IMG/VR virus record: IMGVR_UViG_3300032073_000003
Coordinates: 55,467 to 119,466 of that record
Direction: 5' to 3' (one strand)
DNA: 64,000 bases
Source: a virus
The notes beneath the pieces were generated by a model. The model did no database searches. It saw nothing but the letters and a program-made list of their open reading frames with translations, and was not told the origin of the DNA. A program made the translations under genes and the position numbers. This document shows, piece after piece, positions 18,821-26,764 of the stretch (position 1 is its first letter; the number at the start of each line of letters is the position of its first letter).

Positions 18821-19067
18821 GAGATGTCTTTACTCCTTTCTTTAAAGACAATTAAATCTAATTACTTCATTCTAATATGCTGAATAGACCTGACTAGTCT
18901 TTAACAAGAATGATTATGTAGTTATATATATCTGTTAGGACATACCAAAAACCTTTAGCAAGTTTTGTAGTCCGTTAGCCTTATATCTTTCCTATGTTGG
19001 TAGCTTAGTGGAGAGATTATATTTATACAACTAAATTCCTACGAAGTTCTTTCTTATGTTTTACGAG

Positions 19068-19102
19068 AAAAGATTATGCAAGTAGGTGCGTAATCTTTTT
19101 TT
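19068..19102 (+). terminator. Strong (possibly bidirectional) intrinsic terminator
   Basis: AAAAGATTATGCA-AGTAGG-TGCGTAATCTTTT plus T run. Confidence 0.75.
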
Positions 19103-19117
19103 ATAAATATTTATTAT

Positions 19118-19162
19118 TCAATAGAGAAATGAGTCAAGCAATACCAATAAGCACTCTATTGA
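19118..19162 (+). ncRNA. Stem-loop D1 (putative small RNA)
   Basis: TCAATAGAG/CTCTATTGA, 9-bp perfect closing stem; the same stem closes element D2. Confidence 0.35.
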
Positions 19163-19171
19163 TATATATAT

Positions 19172-19251
19172 GCCATTAAAGCTCTTTTAAGAGTTAGATG
19201 ACACGTCTAAATAATATGACAGGGTAAGTTTGAATCTTACTAGTGGCACCA
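19172..19251 (+). tRNA. tRNA-like element with encoded CCA; anticodon arm non-canonical (pseudo-tRNA or tRNA mimic)
   Basis: Acceptor GCCATTA/TAGTGGC + A + CCA; D stem GCTC/GAGT; T arm GTAAG-TTTGAAT-CTTAC; anticodon hairpin TAGATG-ACA-CGTCTA lacks U33. Confidence 0.6.
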
Positions 19252-19304
19252 AAAAAACCAAAACATCAGTTCCTATTTAAACTATAAATAGAGAAGTTGT
19301 GTAC

Positions 19305-19367
19305 CAATAGAGTTTGAAATTACAATCAGGACAATTATACTGACCGTCCGTAATTTGGTCTCTATTG
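19305..19367 (+). ncRNA. Stem-loop D2 (putative small RNA)
   Basis: CAATAGAG/CTCTATTG outer stem, AAATTAC/GTAATTT inner stem. Confidence 0.4.
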
Positions 19368-19384
19368 TTAAGCAACATAAAACC

Positions 19385-19412
19385 AAGGAGTGTGTCTTCG
19401 GATGCACTCCTT
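19385..19412 (+). terminator. C(UUCG)G-capped hairpin; terminator or 3' stabiliser
   Basis: AAGGAGTGTGTC-TTCG-GATGCACTCCTT followed by T. Confidence 0.7.
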
Positions 19413-19440
19413 TAACATGTAACCAATAAATAACAGATAT

Positions 19441-19683
19441 ATGAATGCAAAAATGATTACATCAGAAAAAGTTAACAAAGTAATTACAATTGAAGATTGT
19501 AAAGAAATGAATTCAGTTAATTCTCAATTAATTGAATTAACTCAAACACTCTATAAAAAAGAGTTAACATTTAAACAAATTAATAAGATATGTGCTATGT
19601 CTTATTTAGATAAATTATGGTTAATAGCACAATATAAAGTTGATCTTAGAATAGATAGTTTACCGGATTTATCTAATCTATAA
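19441..19683 (+). CDS. Hypothetical protein
   Basis: 80 aa ORF. Confidence 0.6.
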   Translation: MNAKMITSEKVNKVITIEDCKEMNSVNSQLIELTQTLYKKELTFKQINKICAMSYLDKLWLIAQYKVDLRIDSLPDLSNL

Positions 19684-19686
19684 TCA

Positions 19687-19745
19687 TTACAAACATAAAA
19701 AGTTCCTATTATATAAACATAGACAAAAATACTTTTCGTTTGTAA
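19687..19745 (+). ncRNA. Structured RNA motif, copy A
   Basis: TTACAAAC/GTTTGTAA outer stem, ATA/C internal loop, AAAAGT/ACTTTT stem, apical CTAT/ATAG. Confidence 0.6.
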
Positions 19746-19751
19746 CTTTAT

Positions 19752-19813
19752 CAGAAAGACATAGAAAGTTCCTATTTAAGCTATAAATAAGAAAAATACT
19801 TTCCGTCTTTCTG
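19752..19813 (+). ncRNA. Structured RNA motif, copy B
   Basis: CAGAAAGAC/GTCTTTCTG outer stem, ATA/C internal loop, GAAAGT/ACTTTC stem, apical TATTTA/TAAATA; compensatory changes relative to copy A. Confidence 0.6.
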
Positions 19814-19925
19814 TGTTAAAATACCATTTCAACTTCCCAAGGGTTGACAGTTTTATACTGAGTATTGAGGGGCACACTTATTATACACTTATTATATATT
19901 TATTAAACACTTAAAAAACAAAAAA

Positions 19926-21716
19926 ATGAAAGAAATTAAATTGTTTGGCAAAGCACTAAACACAAAAAACGTTAGTCCAATTGAAGTAAATGAATTAGCA
20001 ACTGTAAAAGGATATGTAGTACATCCTGATTGTTGTAATGAAAGAGTAATGACATTTTTGTCATCTATTCCTAATAATTACAATACTAGTTTTTACGCGT
20101 CTGTTGCAGATGTTGTAGAAAAGGATAGAACTGAATTACTTATAGATCAGATTTTACATTATGCATCTACATATGGTACTGAATATGCAGGTCAAGTATT
20201 TGTTCCTAATGAAAACTTTGGTCTTATTGATGAACCTATAATTGATTTTAGTGATTGTAAAGTTATTGAACCTATTACTGTAGAAGAGATTACTGAAAAA
20301 ATTACTCAATTATTGTCTTCTGGTATTGCAATGAAACAAGATACATTAACTAATATTTTTGATTTGATTTCTGAATTCTTTATTGATATAAATCCTGAAG
20401 ATGTTAAGAATATTGAAGCAAAAATGATGTTATTTAATTTATTAGGTGTTTTACCTAGTAATCCTGAAGAATTTGTTAGATTGATGATATATAAATTAAC
20501 TGATTCTACTCTTGTTATTAAGAATAGACAATTAATTAATAGTATTAAACATCAACAAGATAATCAACAAATTATTGGAGTTTGTGATGATATAGAGCAA
20601 TTTGGATTAGAAAAGTTATCTTCTGTTTTCTTTAGATATAAACCAATTTTTCTTGCATTAAGAGGTTTAAGTTCTGATGCTCGTAAGATTACTAATAAAT
20701 TAAGAAAACTTGCTAATAAACATCATAAACCATTTGTTTCTGGTTATTGGGAAACTATTCTTAGTAAAGATACTTTAGAGGTTAATGAATTTCTAAAAAA
20801 ATCTAAAGACTTATCTAACTTTAAGTTAGTAAGGTTGATTAAGGCTATTGATGGAAAACTTACAGATACTGAATCTGAATTCTTTCTTATCAGAAATGGT
20901 AAAAGTTTTATTAAAGATACTACAGATAATGTAAAAAATGATAAAACTTTACTTTGGATGAAAAGTATGTTAGAAATTACTCTTATTCAAAACATTTCAG
21001 AAAAAGTTAATGGTAAAACAATAAAATTACCTGATAATATACGACTATCTATTCCTACTTCAGAGAAAACATATGTAGGTAATATACCATTTGGTAGCTA
21101 TATCATTCCTTCAAAAAGTAATTCTGTTTTTGGAATTAATTGGTTTGGGGAAGATGGAGCTCAAGATTTGGATTTATCTTACATATCTTTAACTGGTAAA
21201 AAGTATGGATGGAATGATCGTTATAGTTCAGATACAAATGATATTGTTTATTCTGGAGATATGACATCTGCTAATCCTGAAGCTTGTGAATATATGTTTT
21301 GTAAAAATGGTCTTGAAAATGGAATTATATCTGTTAATGTATATAACGGAAAAGATAATTCTAAATATAGATTTTTTATTGGTCAAACTAATAATGATTT
21401 TACTGTAAGTAGTAATACTCCAGATGAAAGCATAATAGATTTTTCTACATCATTAAAAATTACAGGTGAAGCCTGTATTGGATTTTATATAGATGGAAGA
21501 ATATATTTTGCAGATTTAAATCAAGGTTCATCTTCAGTTAGTCGTATAACACTAAATACTCAAAAAATGATTCAGTATTTTATTGATACTAAAGATTGTT
21601 TTTTGTATTGGGATAATATATTACCAATGGCAGGTGCTAATATAGTTACTGAAGGTAAATGTGATATTGATTTAAGTAATGGTGACGTTACTGAAATAAT
21701 ATCATTATTAGCATAA
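19926..21716 (+). CDS. Large protein: alpha-helical N-terminal region plus C-terminal TerD-like domain (possible divergent Ro/TROVE-TerD fusion)
   Basis: C-terminal GINW...DLDLS...GWN...YSGDMTS...ACE follows the TerD W-x-DLD...(H/Y)SGD...E pattern; N-terminal QILHYxxTYG and FRYKPIFLAL motifs. The TROVE assignment is inference only. Confidence 0.55.
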   Translation: MKEIKLFGKALNTKNVSPIEVNELATVKGYVVHPDCCNERVMTFLSSIPNNYNTSFYASVADVVEKDRTELLIDQILHYASTYGTEYAGQVFVPNENFGLIDEPIIDFSDCKVIEPITVEEITEKITQLLSSGIAMKQDTLTNIFDLISEFFIDINPEDVKNIEAKMMLFNLLGVLPSNPEEFVRLMIYKLTDSTLVIKNRQLINSIKHQQDNQQIIGVCDDIEQFGLEKLSSVFFRYKPIFLALRGLSSDARKITNKLRKLANKHHKPFVSGYWETILSKDTLEVNEFLKKSKDLSNFKLVRLIKAIDGKLTDTESEFFLIRNGKSFIKDTTDNVKNDKTLLWMKSMLEITLIQNISEKVNGKTIKLPDNIRLSIPTSEKTYVGNIPFGSYIIPSKSNSVFGINWFGEDGAQDLDLSYISLTGKKYGWNDRYSSDTNDIVYSGDMTSANPEACEYMFCKNGLENGIISVNVYNGKDNSKYRFFIGQTNNDFTVSSNTPDESIIDFSTSLKITGEACIGFYIDGRIYFADLNQGSSSVSRITLNTQKMIQYFIDTKDCFLYWDNILPMAGANIVTEGKCDIDLSNGDVTEIISLLA

Positions 21717-21723
21717 TTCTTAT

Positions 21724-21752
21724 AGGTAGGGTGTAAAAACCCTATCTTTTTT
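21724..21752 (+). terminator. Intrinsic terminator
   Basis: AGGTAGGGT/ACCCTATCT plus T run. Confidence 0.65.
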
Positions 21753-21763
21753 ATAAATTTAAT

Positions 21764-22198
21764 ATGATTACAATGAAAACAAAAGAAAAAGCAATTATTG
21801 TTGATGTAGATGGTACATTAGCAGATATGAGAGGTATCAGAGGACCTTTTGATTGGAATAAAGTTTTACTAGATAATCCTCATCAAGATGTTATTGACCT
21901 TGTTAAAGATTTAGCAAGTCTTAAAAAATATAAAATTATCATTACTACAGGTAGAGATGGTTCTTGTATGCAAGATACTGTTAAGTGGTTAGATAAATAT
22001 AAAATTCCTTTTGATGATTTTTATATGAGACCTGAAGGTGACTTTAGAAAAGATAACATTATTAAGTCTGAAATCTATATGGATTTTATCAGACCTAAAT
22101 ATGATGTTAAATTTGTAGTTGATGATAGAAATCAAGTTGTTGATATGTGGAGATCATTAGGTTTACGTGTATTACAAGTAGCACCAGGAGACTTTTAA
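21764..22198 (+). CDS. HAD-family polynucleotide 3'-phosphatase (T4 Pnk/PseT C-terminal-domain-like)
   Basis: IVDVDGTLA (DxDxT), TTGR, MRPEGDFRKD..IK, VVDDRNQVVDMWRSLGL motifs. Confidence 0.9.
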   Translation: MITMKTKEKAIIVDVDGTLADMRGIRGPFDWNKVLLDNPHQDVIDLVKDLASLKKYKIIITTGRDGSCMQDTVKWLDKYKIPFDDFYMRPEGDFRKDNIIKSEIYMDFIRPKYDVKFVVDDRNQVVDMWRSLGLRVLQVAPGDF

Positions 22199-22202
22199 TA
22201 CT

Positions 22203-22276
22203 AGGGTAGTGATTGTATACCGTGAAATTCGGAGTTATGAAATGTAGCAAACAGAAAACCTTTCACTACCCTTTTT
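22203..22276 (+). ncRNA. 10-bp inverted repeat enclosing 50 nt, then a T run (structured leader or small RNA)
   Basis: AGGGTAGTGA (22203-12) / TCACTACCCT (22263-72). Confidence 0.35.
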
Positions 22277-22291
22277 ATAAATTAATTTAAT

Positions 22292-23119
22292 ATGATTACA
22301 ATGGAAGAAGTTACAATCATAGATGGAAAAACTTTGTATAATGAAAAATATAAATTTTTATTAGAACAAGATGTAGAATATCAAAAATTGAAATTCTATA
22401 GTGGACAAATACATAGTTTTGAATATTCTAGTAAAAAAATAACAAGTACTCATATTTATTGGAGTACTTCTATTAAAACTCCAATGTTTGAAAATAACAA
22501 ATTATTTTTTAAACATAAAAATACAAGTGGAGCTTCTTATGACAGAAAAACTAAAAAAATTAAAATTTGGTTTGGACAAAGTATAAGAGACTTAAATTCT
22601 AATCTTCGAGTTGAAATATTTTGTCATCTTATTCCTTGGTTTATATCTTCAAATGATTATACAATTAGACAAAATTATATAACTATAATTACTAATGGTA
22701 TATTAAATAGAATGATAAAAGGCTCTATTAAATGTAATGAAGATATAATAAAAGCATTTTGTAAATATAATCCTTATCGTACATTTAATTTAGATACTAA
22801 AAAGTTAAATATAGTATTATCAGAAACATCTTATATAAATTTAAGACAGTTTAAATATGTATTTTTAGCTTCTGAAAATCCTAACGATGTAGTAGATTTT
22901 ATGTATAATAATAGAAACTCTACATCTCCCTCTTATATTACTGATCATATAGAAATTAGTAAATTAGCATTATCTATAGGAGAAAAAATTAATATTTACT
23001 GGAATAACACTAAATATACTAATAAACATGTTAGTTTTTTAGAACAGAAAAAAGATTTGGAAATTATTTATTCACATTTATTGAGTATAGAAAAACCAAA
23101 AGAAGATTTACCTTTTTAA
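22292..23119 (+). CDS. Hypothetical protein
   Basis: 275 aa ORF, very AT-rich. Confidence 0.7.
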   Translation: MITMEEVTIIDGKTLYNEKYKFLLEQDVEYQKLKFYSGQIHSFEYSSKKITSTHIYWSTSIKTPMFENNKLFFKHKNTSGASYDRKTKKIKIWFGQSIRDLNSNLRVEIFCHLIPWFISSNDYTIRQNYITIITNGILNRMIKGSIKCNEDIIKAFCKYNPYRTFNLDTKKLNIVLSETSYINLRQFKYVFLASENPNDVVDFMYNNRNSTSPSYITDHIEISKLALSIGEKINIYWNNTKYTNKHVSFLEQKKDLEIIYSHLLSIEKPKEDLPF

Positions 23120-23160
23120 AAATAGTATATCTAAGATATGCTTTTCCATAAATGGAATAT

Positions 23161-23186
23161 GGGAGTGATTTATTTCACTCCCTTTT
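23161..23186 (+). terminator. Intrinsic terminator
   Basis: GGGAGTGA-TTTATT-TCACTCCC-TTTT. Confidence 0.7.
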
Positions 23187-23278
23187 CATTGTTAGCTATA
23201 TATTATTAAATATTATTAATTTATGTAATAATATCAATATAAATATTATATATTTATCAAAATATCTAGTATTAAATA

Positions 23279-23503
23279 ATGCTTTATCAGCTTCCAAACG
23301 GAAAAGTCATACACATCTCTATAGAAGAGTATCTTGAATTAACAGATGAAGATATACAATATCTTATGTCTTTAGATTATGGTGAGCATATTACAGATCC
23401 TTTTAGTGGTTCTGCATTAAAGAAAAACACTAAATCAAGACGTTCTGACTTCAATCAAGAAGATATAGACGAGAATTTATCAGATAATCTATTTGATATA
23501 TAA
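23279..23503 (+). CDS. Conserved crAss-like small protein
   Basis: MLYQLPNGKVIHISIEEYL N-terminus, acidic C-terminus. Confidence 0.65.
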   Translation: MLYQLPNGKVIHISIEEYLELTDEDIQYLMSLDYGEHITDPFSGSALKKNTKSRRSDFNQEDIDENLSDNLFDI

Positions 23504-23639
23504 AATTTCTTAACAATTTGAATACGTAGTTTATAGTCTAGAATTTAAACTACTACTTACCTTAACTTGAGTACTTAAGGATATAGCAAAACAGACACTC
23601 AAACAATCAATTATTTATTTATTTATTAAAAATTAAGTT

Positions 23640-24122
23640 ATGAACTCAAAAGTAACAGTATTAGCCGATGAAGCAACAGGAAGTGTTGTTAATGTTTCAA
23701 AAAATAACCCTGATTACGGATATATCCGCGTAGAACAGATCAGAACTATGATTGATGATAATGGTTTCTTACGTAGAAAACCAGTATCTGCATTAATCCC
23801 AGGAACTGTAGAAGAACTACAAGCAACAGGTTTCTTTGCTGGACAACAATTAGATGGTAAAATTGTAGTACAAGAATCACTTGAAGCATTTAATGAAAAA
23901 GAACCAACTCGTGATCTTAAAGTTGCAGGTGAAACAGGTATAGTATGTACATTAGGTGGATTACCAATTTACAGAAGAACAAAAATGAGTTTCAATGGAA
24001 ATTCTGAAGATTCACTTATCAAACATGATAACATTGAAGAATTACGTCAAGCATATCAAAGTGCTAAACCTAATTCTGATGTTATGGCAGAAGCTGGTAA
24101 GAATACAGAATTTAGTGTATAA
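23640..24122 (+). CDS. Conserved crAss-like protein (possible ssDNA-binding protein)
   Basis: 160 aa, beta-rich, followed by its own terminator; the SSB role is tentative. Confidence 0.45.
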   Translation: MNSKVTVLADEATGSVVNVSKNNPDYGYIRVEQIRTMIDDNGFLRRKPVSALIPGTVEELQATGFFAGQQLDGKIVVQESLEAFNEKEPTRDLKVAGETGIVCTLGGLPIYRRTKMSFNGNSEDSLIKHDNIEELRQAYQSAKPNSDVMAEAGKNTEFSV

Positions 24123-24140
24123 ACATTAAATTAAAGGTTA

Positions 24141-24167
24141 AAAAGGGGAATGTAATGTTCCCCTTTT
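24141..24167 (+). terminator. Intrinsic terminator
   Basis: AAAAGGGGAA/TTCCCCTTTT stem. Confidence 0.75.
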
Positions 24168-24191
24168 ATTTATTTATGAATTAAAAATTGT

Positions 24192-24683
24192 ATGATTAAT
24201 ATGGAAAAGCTTAAAAAACAGATCAAGAATTATCAAGTATATGGTAGTAAAACATATATGGAATATGAACAAGATAAATATTCAAAATATCAAAATTATT
24301 TATATAAAAGAGCTTTATATGGATTAAAAAGTCTTCCAAAAGAAGAAATAGAACAGATGTGTGATAGAAAAAAAAGAAGAATCAATAGTGTTCATTACAG
24401 AGCACAAGGTGTATTAAATATAGTAAAACAAAAAATTACTATTAAATATACAAATGAATTTTTTAAAACATTTTTTTCACATTCTAAATTTGCTAAAGAT
24501 ATAATTGAATATGAAGAAGTAGATAAAAATTTTAAAAATCAATTAAATTTTAAAGATTTATCATTGTCTAAAGATAGTATAGTTAGTATATTTATTGAAG
24601 AAGGAATTCTACCTAAAAACTTTTTAAATTTAACACAAAAACCAATAGGGTTACCAAATTTAAAAAATGAAAGTAAAGCTTAA
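24192..24683 (+). CDS. Hypothetical protein
   Basis: 163 aa basic ORF. Confidence 0.65.
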   Translation: MINMEKLKKQIKNYQVYGSKTYMEYEQDKYSKYQNYLYKRALYGLKSLPKEEIEQMCDRKKRRINSVHYRAQGVLNIVKQKITIKYTNEFFKTFFSHSKFAKDIIEYEEVDKNFKNQLNFKDLSLSKDSIVSIFIEEGILPKNFLNLTQKPIGLPNLKNESKA

Positions 24684-25077
24684 AGAATGTGATGGTTGTC
24701 AAAAGACAACTGTCATATGGAAGAACCATGAGGGATTTAGATACTGTAAGTATTGCTGGAGTTGCCATTCTAGTAACAAAAAGTCACAGAAACCAATTAA
24801 ATCTGTTACCAGAGTCCCTCGGGTTTCTTCTAAAAGGAAAAAGAAAGATCAAGAGTATCTTAGATTAAGAAAAAGATATCTTACAGAAAACCATTTATGT
24901 GTAGTAAATGTAAAAGGTTGTACTAATAGTGCAACTGATGTACATCATACATATGCTGGTAGTAATAGAGAAGCATTTTATTTAGTTCAAAGTACATGGT
25001 TACCCGTGTGTAGAAATTGTCATGATTGGATTCATGCAAATCCTGCAGATGCTAGAACAATGAAATGGTTAAAATAA
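24667..25077 (+). CDS. Zn-finger/HNH-like nuclease
   Basis: CxxC...CxxC N-terminus; C...C...ATDVHH...CRNCHDWIH. Confidence 0.75.
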   Translation: MKVKLKECDGCQKTTVIWKNHEGFRYCKYCWSCHSSNKKSQKPIKSVTRVPRVSSKRKKKDQEYLRLRKRYLTENHLCVVNVKGCTNSATDVHHTYAGSNREAFYLVQSTWLPVCRNCHDWIHANPADARTMKWLK

Positions 25078-25087
25078 TTTAAATATT

Positions 25088-26185
25088 ATGACAAAAAATG
25101 AAGTTCAATTAAAAGCCCTTAAAGCAACAGACAATAAACAAAGATGTGGAATAGTATTAGGTACTGGTGTAGGTAAGACATTAATTGGTCTTAAACATAT
25201 AGAAAAAAATACTACTAGTCTTATGAAAGTATTAGTAGTAGCACCAAAAAGAAGTATATTTAATTCTTGGATAGATGATGCCGGTAAATTTAAAATGAAA
25301 AATTTATTAAAACGAATTACATTTTGTACTTACTTAAGCATTAATAAACAAAACCCTGATGATTATAATGCTGTTTATTTAGATGAATGTCATAGTTTAT
25401 TAAATAATCATAGAGGATTTCTTCAATTATATAAAGGTAAAATTTTAGGTTTAACAGGTACACCACCCAAGCGAGAATATTCTGAGAAAGGTAAATTAGT
25501 TAATGAATTTTGCCCAATAGTATTTACTTTTAAAGCAGATGATGCTATTGAAAACAATATTCTTAATGATTATCAAATAATAGTACATCAAATATCTTTA
25601 TCTAATGATAAAAATTATTTTGTTAAAATGAAAAACAAAAATCCTTGGAAAACAAGTGAATATTTAAATTACAATTATTGGTCTGGAAGAATTGATCAAG
25701 GTTCTGGTAATATGCGTATGCTTAGAGTTATGAGAATGAAAGCAATGATGGAATATCCAAGTAAAGAAAAATATACAAAAATCTTACTTAATAATATTCC
25801 AACAAAATGTATAGTATTTGCTAATACTCAAGATCAATCAGATAGATTATGTAAACATAGTTATCATAGTAATAATCCTAATTCAGAAGATAATTTAAAT
25901 GCATTTAAAGAAGGAAATATAAATAAATTATCTTGTGTTTTACAATTAAGTGAAGGTATTAATATTCCTAACTTAAGACAAGGTATTATTATGCATTCTT
26001 ATGGTAATGAAAGAAAAGCAAGTCAAAGAATTGGTAGACTTTTAAGATTAAATCCAGATGATAAAGCTATTGTGCATGTACTTTGTTATATGAACTCAAT
26101 AGATGAAAAATGGGTTAAAGATTCTTTAGAAGGATTTGACCAATCTAAAATTTTATGGAAAGATTATAAGGTAGGCTTGAGCTAA
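25088..26185 (+). CDS. Superfamily 2 (DEAH/UvsW-like) helicase
   Basis: GTGVGKT, LDECH, GLTGT, LSEGINIP, QRIGRLLR. Confidence 0.92.
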   Translation: MTKNEVQLKALKATDNKQRCGIVLGTGVGKTLIGLKHIEKNTTSLMKVLVVAPKRSIFNSWIDDAGKFKMKNLLKRITFCTYLSINKQNPDDYNAVYLDECHSLLNNHRGFLQLYKGKILGLTGTPPKREYSEKGKLVNEFCPIVFTFKADDAIENNILNDYQIIVHQISLSNDKNYFVKMKNKNPWKTSEYLNYNYWSGRIDQGSGNMRMLRVMRMKAMMEYPSKEKYTKILLNNIPTKCIVFANTQDQSDRLCKHSYHSNNPNSEDNLNAFKEGNINKLSCVLQLSEGINIPNLRQGIIMHSYGNERKASQRIGRLLRLNPDDKAIVHVLCYMNSIDEKWVKDSLEGFDQSKILWKDYKVGLS

Positions 26186-26214
26186 CCTTATAATTTTTTA
26201 TTATATTATAGTAT

Positions 26215-26469
26215 ATGATTAATGATAAAACACATAAATTAGTTTTAATTGATGATAAAACACATGATTATGGATATGTTATAGCGTCTTTGATGAAATA
26301 TTGTGAACATAATATTTTACAAGCTGAACAATGTACACTTATAACAGATAATGTAGGAAGATGTACTGTCAAAGAAGGTACTTTTTTAGACATGATGGAA
26401 ATTAAAACATCTTTAGAAGAATTAGAGTTAATAACAGAAATTGAAAATTATGAAAGTTATATGCACTAA
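26215..26469 (+). CDS. clpS: ClpS-like Clp protease adaptor
   Basis: LVLIDDKTHDYGYVIASLMKYCEHNILQAEQCTLITDNVGRCTVKEG matches the Bacteroidota ClpS pattern. Confidence 0.8.
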   Translation: MINDKTHKLVLIDDKTHDYGYVIASLMKYCEHNILQAEQCTLITDNVGRCTVKEGTFLDMMEIKTSLEELELITEIENYESYMH

Positions 26470-26764
26470 TTCAGAAGGTAAACCTAGTAATATTTCATTT
26501 GATGAATGGATACAAGAAGGTGAAGTTTATACAGTTACTGCAATTGATAGAATGGGACTTCAATTTGGTAAATTAGGTTTTAAATTAGAAGAAATAAAAC
26601 TTACAGATAATTCATTCCCTTATGAATATTATGATGCTGAAAGATTTAGACTTATAGAAAACACAGGAACGTTAGAAACAATAAAAGAAATGTTTGACTC
26701 TTTAACTGAATTAGAAGAGGAATTAAATTTTAGTGAAGAAGACGCAGATTTAAGTAAAATATGA
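26450..26764 (+). CDS. Hypothetical protein
   Basis: ORF from ATG 26450 (MKVICTN...). Confidence 0.65.
   Translation: MKVICTNSEGKPSNISFDEWIQEGEVYTVTAIDRMGLQFGKLGFKLEEIKLTDNSFPYEYYDAERFRLIENTGTLETIKEMFDSLTELEEELNFSEEDADLSKI

Noticed and set aside
18867-18912. TCATTCT/AGAATGA stem with an AGAC-CTGACTA-GTCT anticodon-like hairpin
   Set aside because: No T arm or CCA and only weak pairing; not enough to call a tRNA or ncRNA.
19764-19776. GAAAGTTCCTATT resembles the FRT half-site GAAGTTCCTATTC
   Set aside because: No inverted partner across an 8-bp spacer and no tyrosine recombinase in the window; the RNA fold explains the conservation better.
22210-22250. TGATT...ACCG...AAATGTAGCAAA is superficially like a SAM-II riboswitch
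   Set aside because: The required P1 and pseudoknot pairings cannot be built convincingly, and no SAM-related gene lies downstream; kept only as an unassigned stem.
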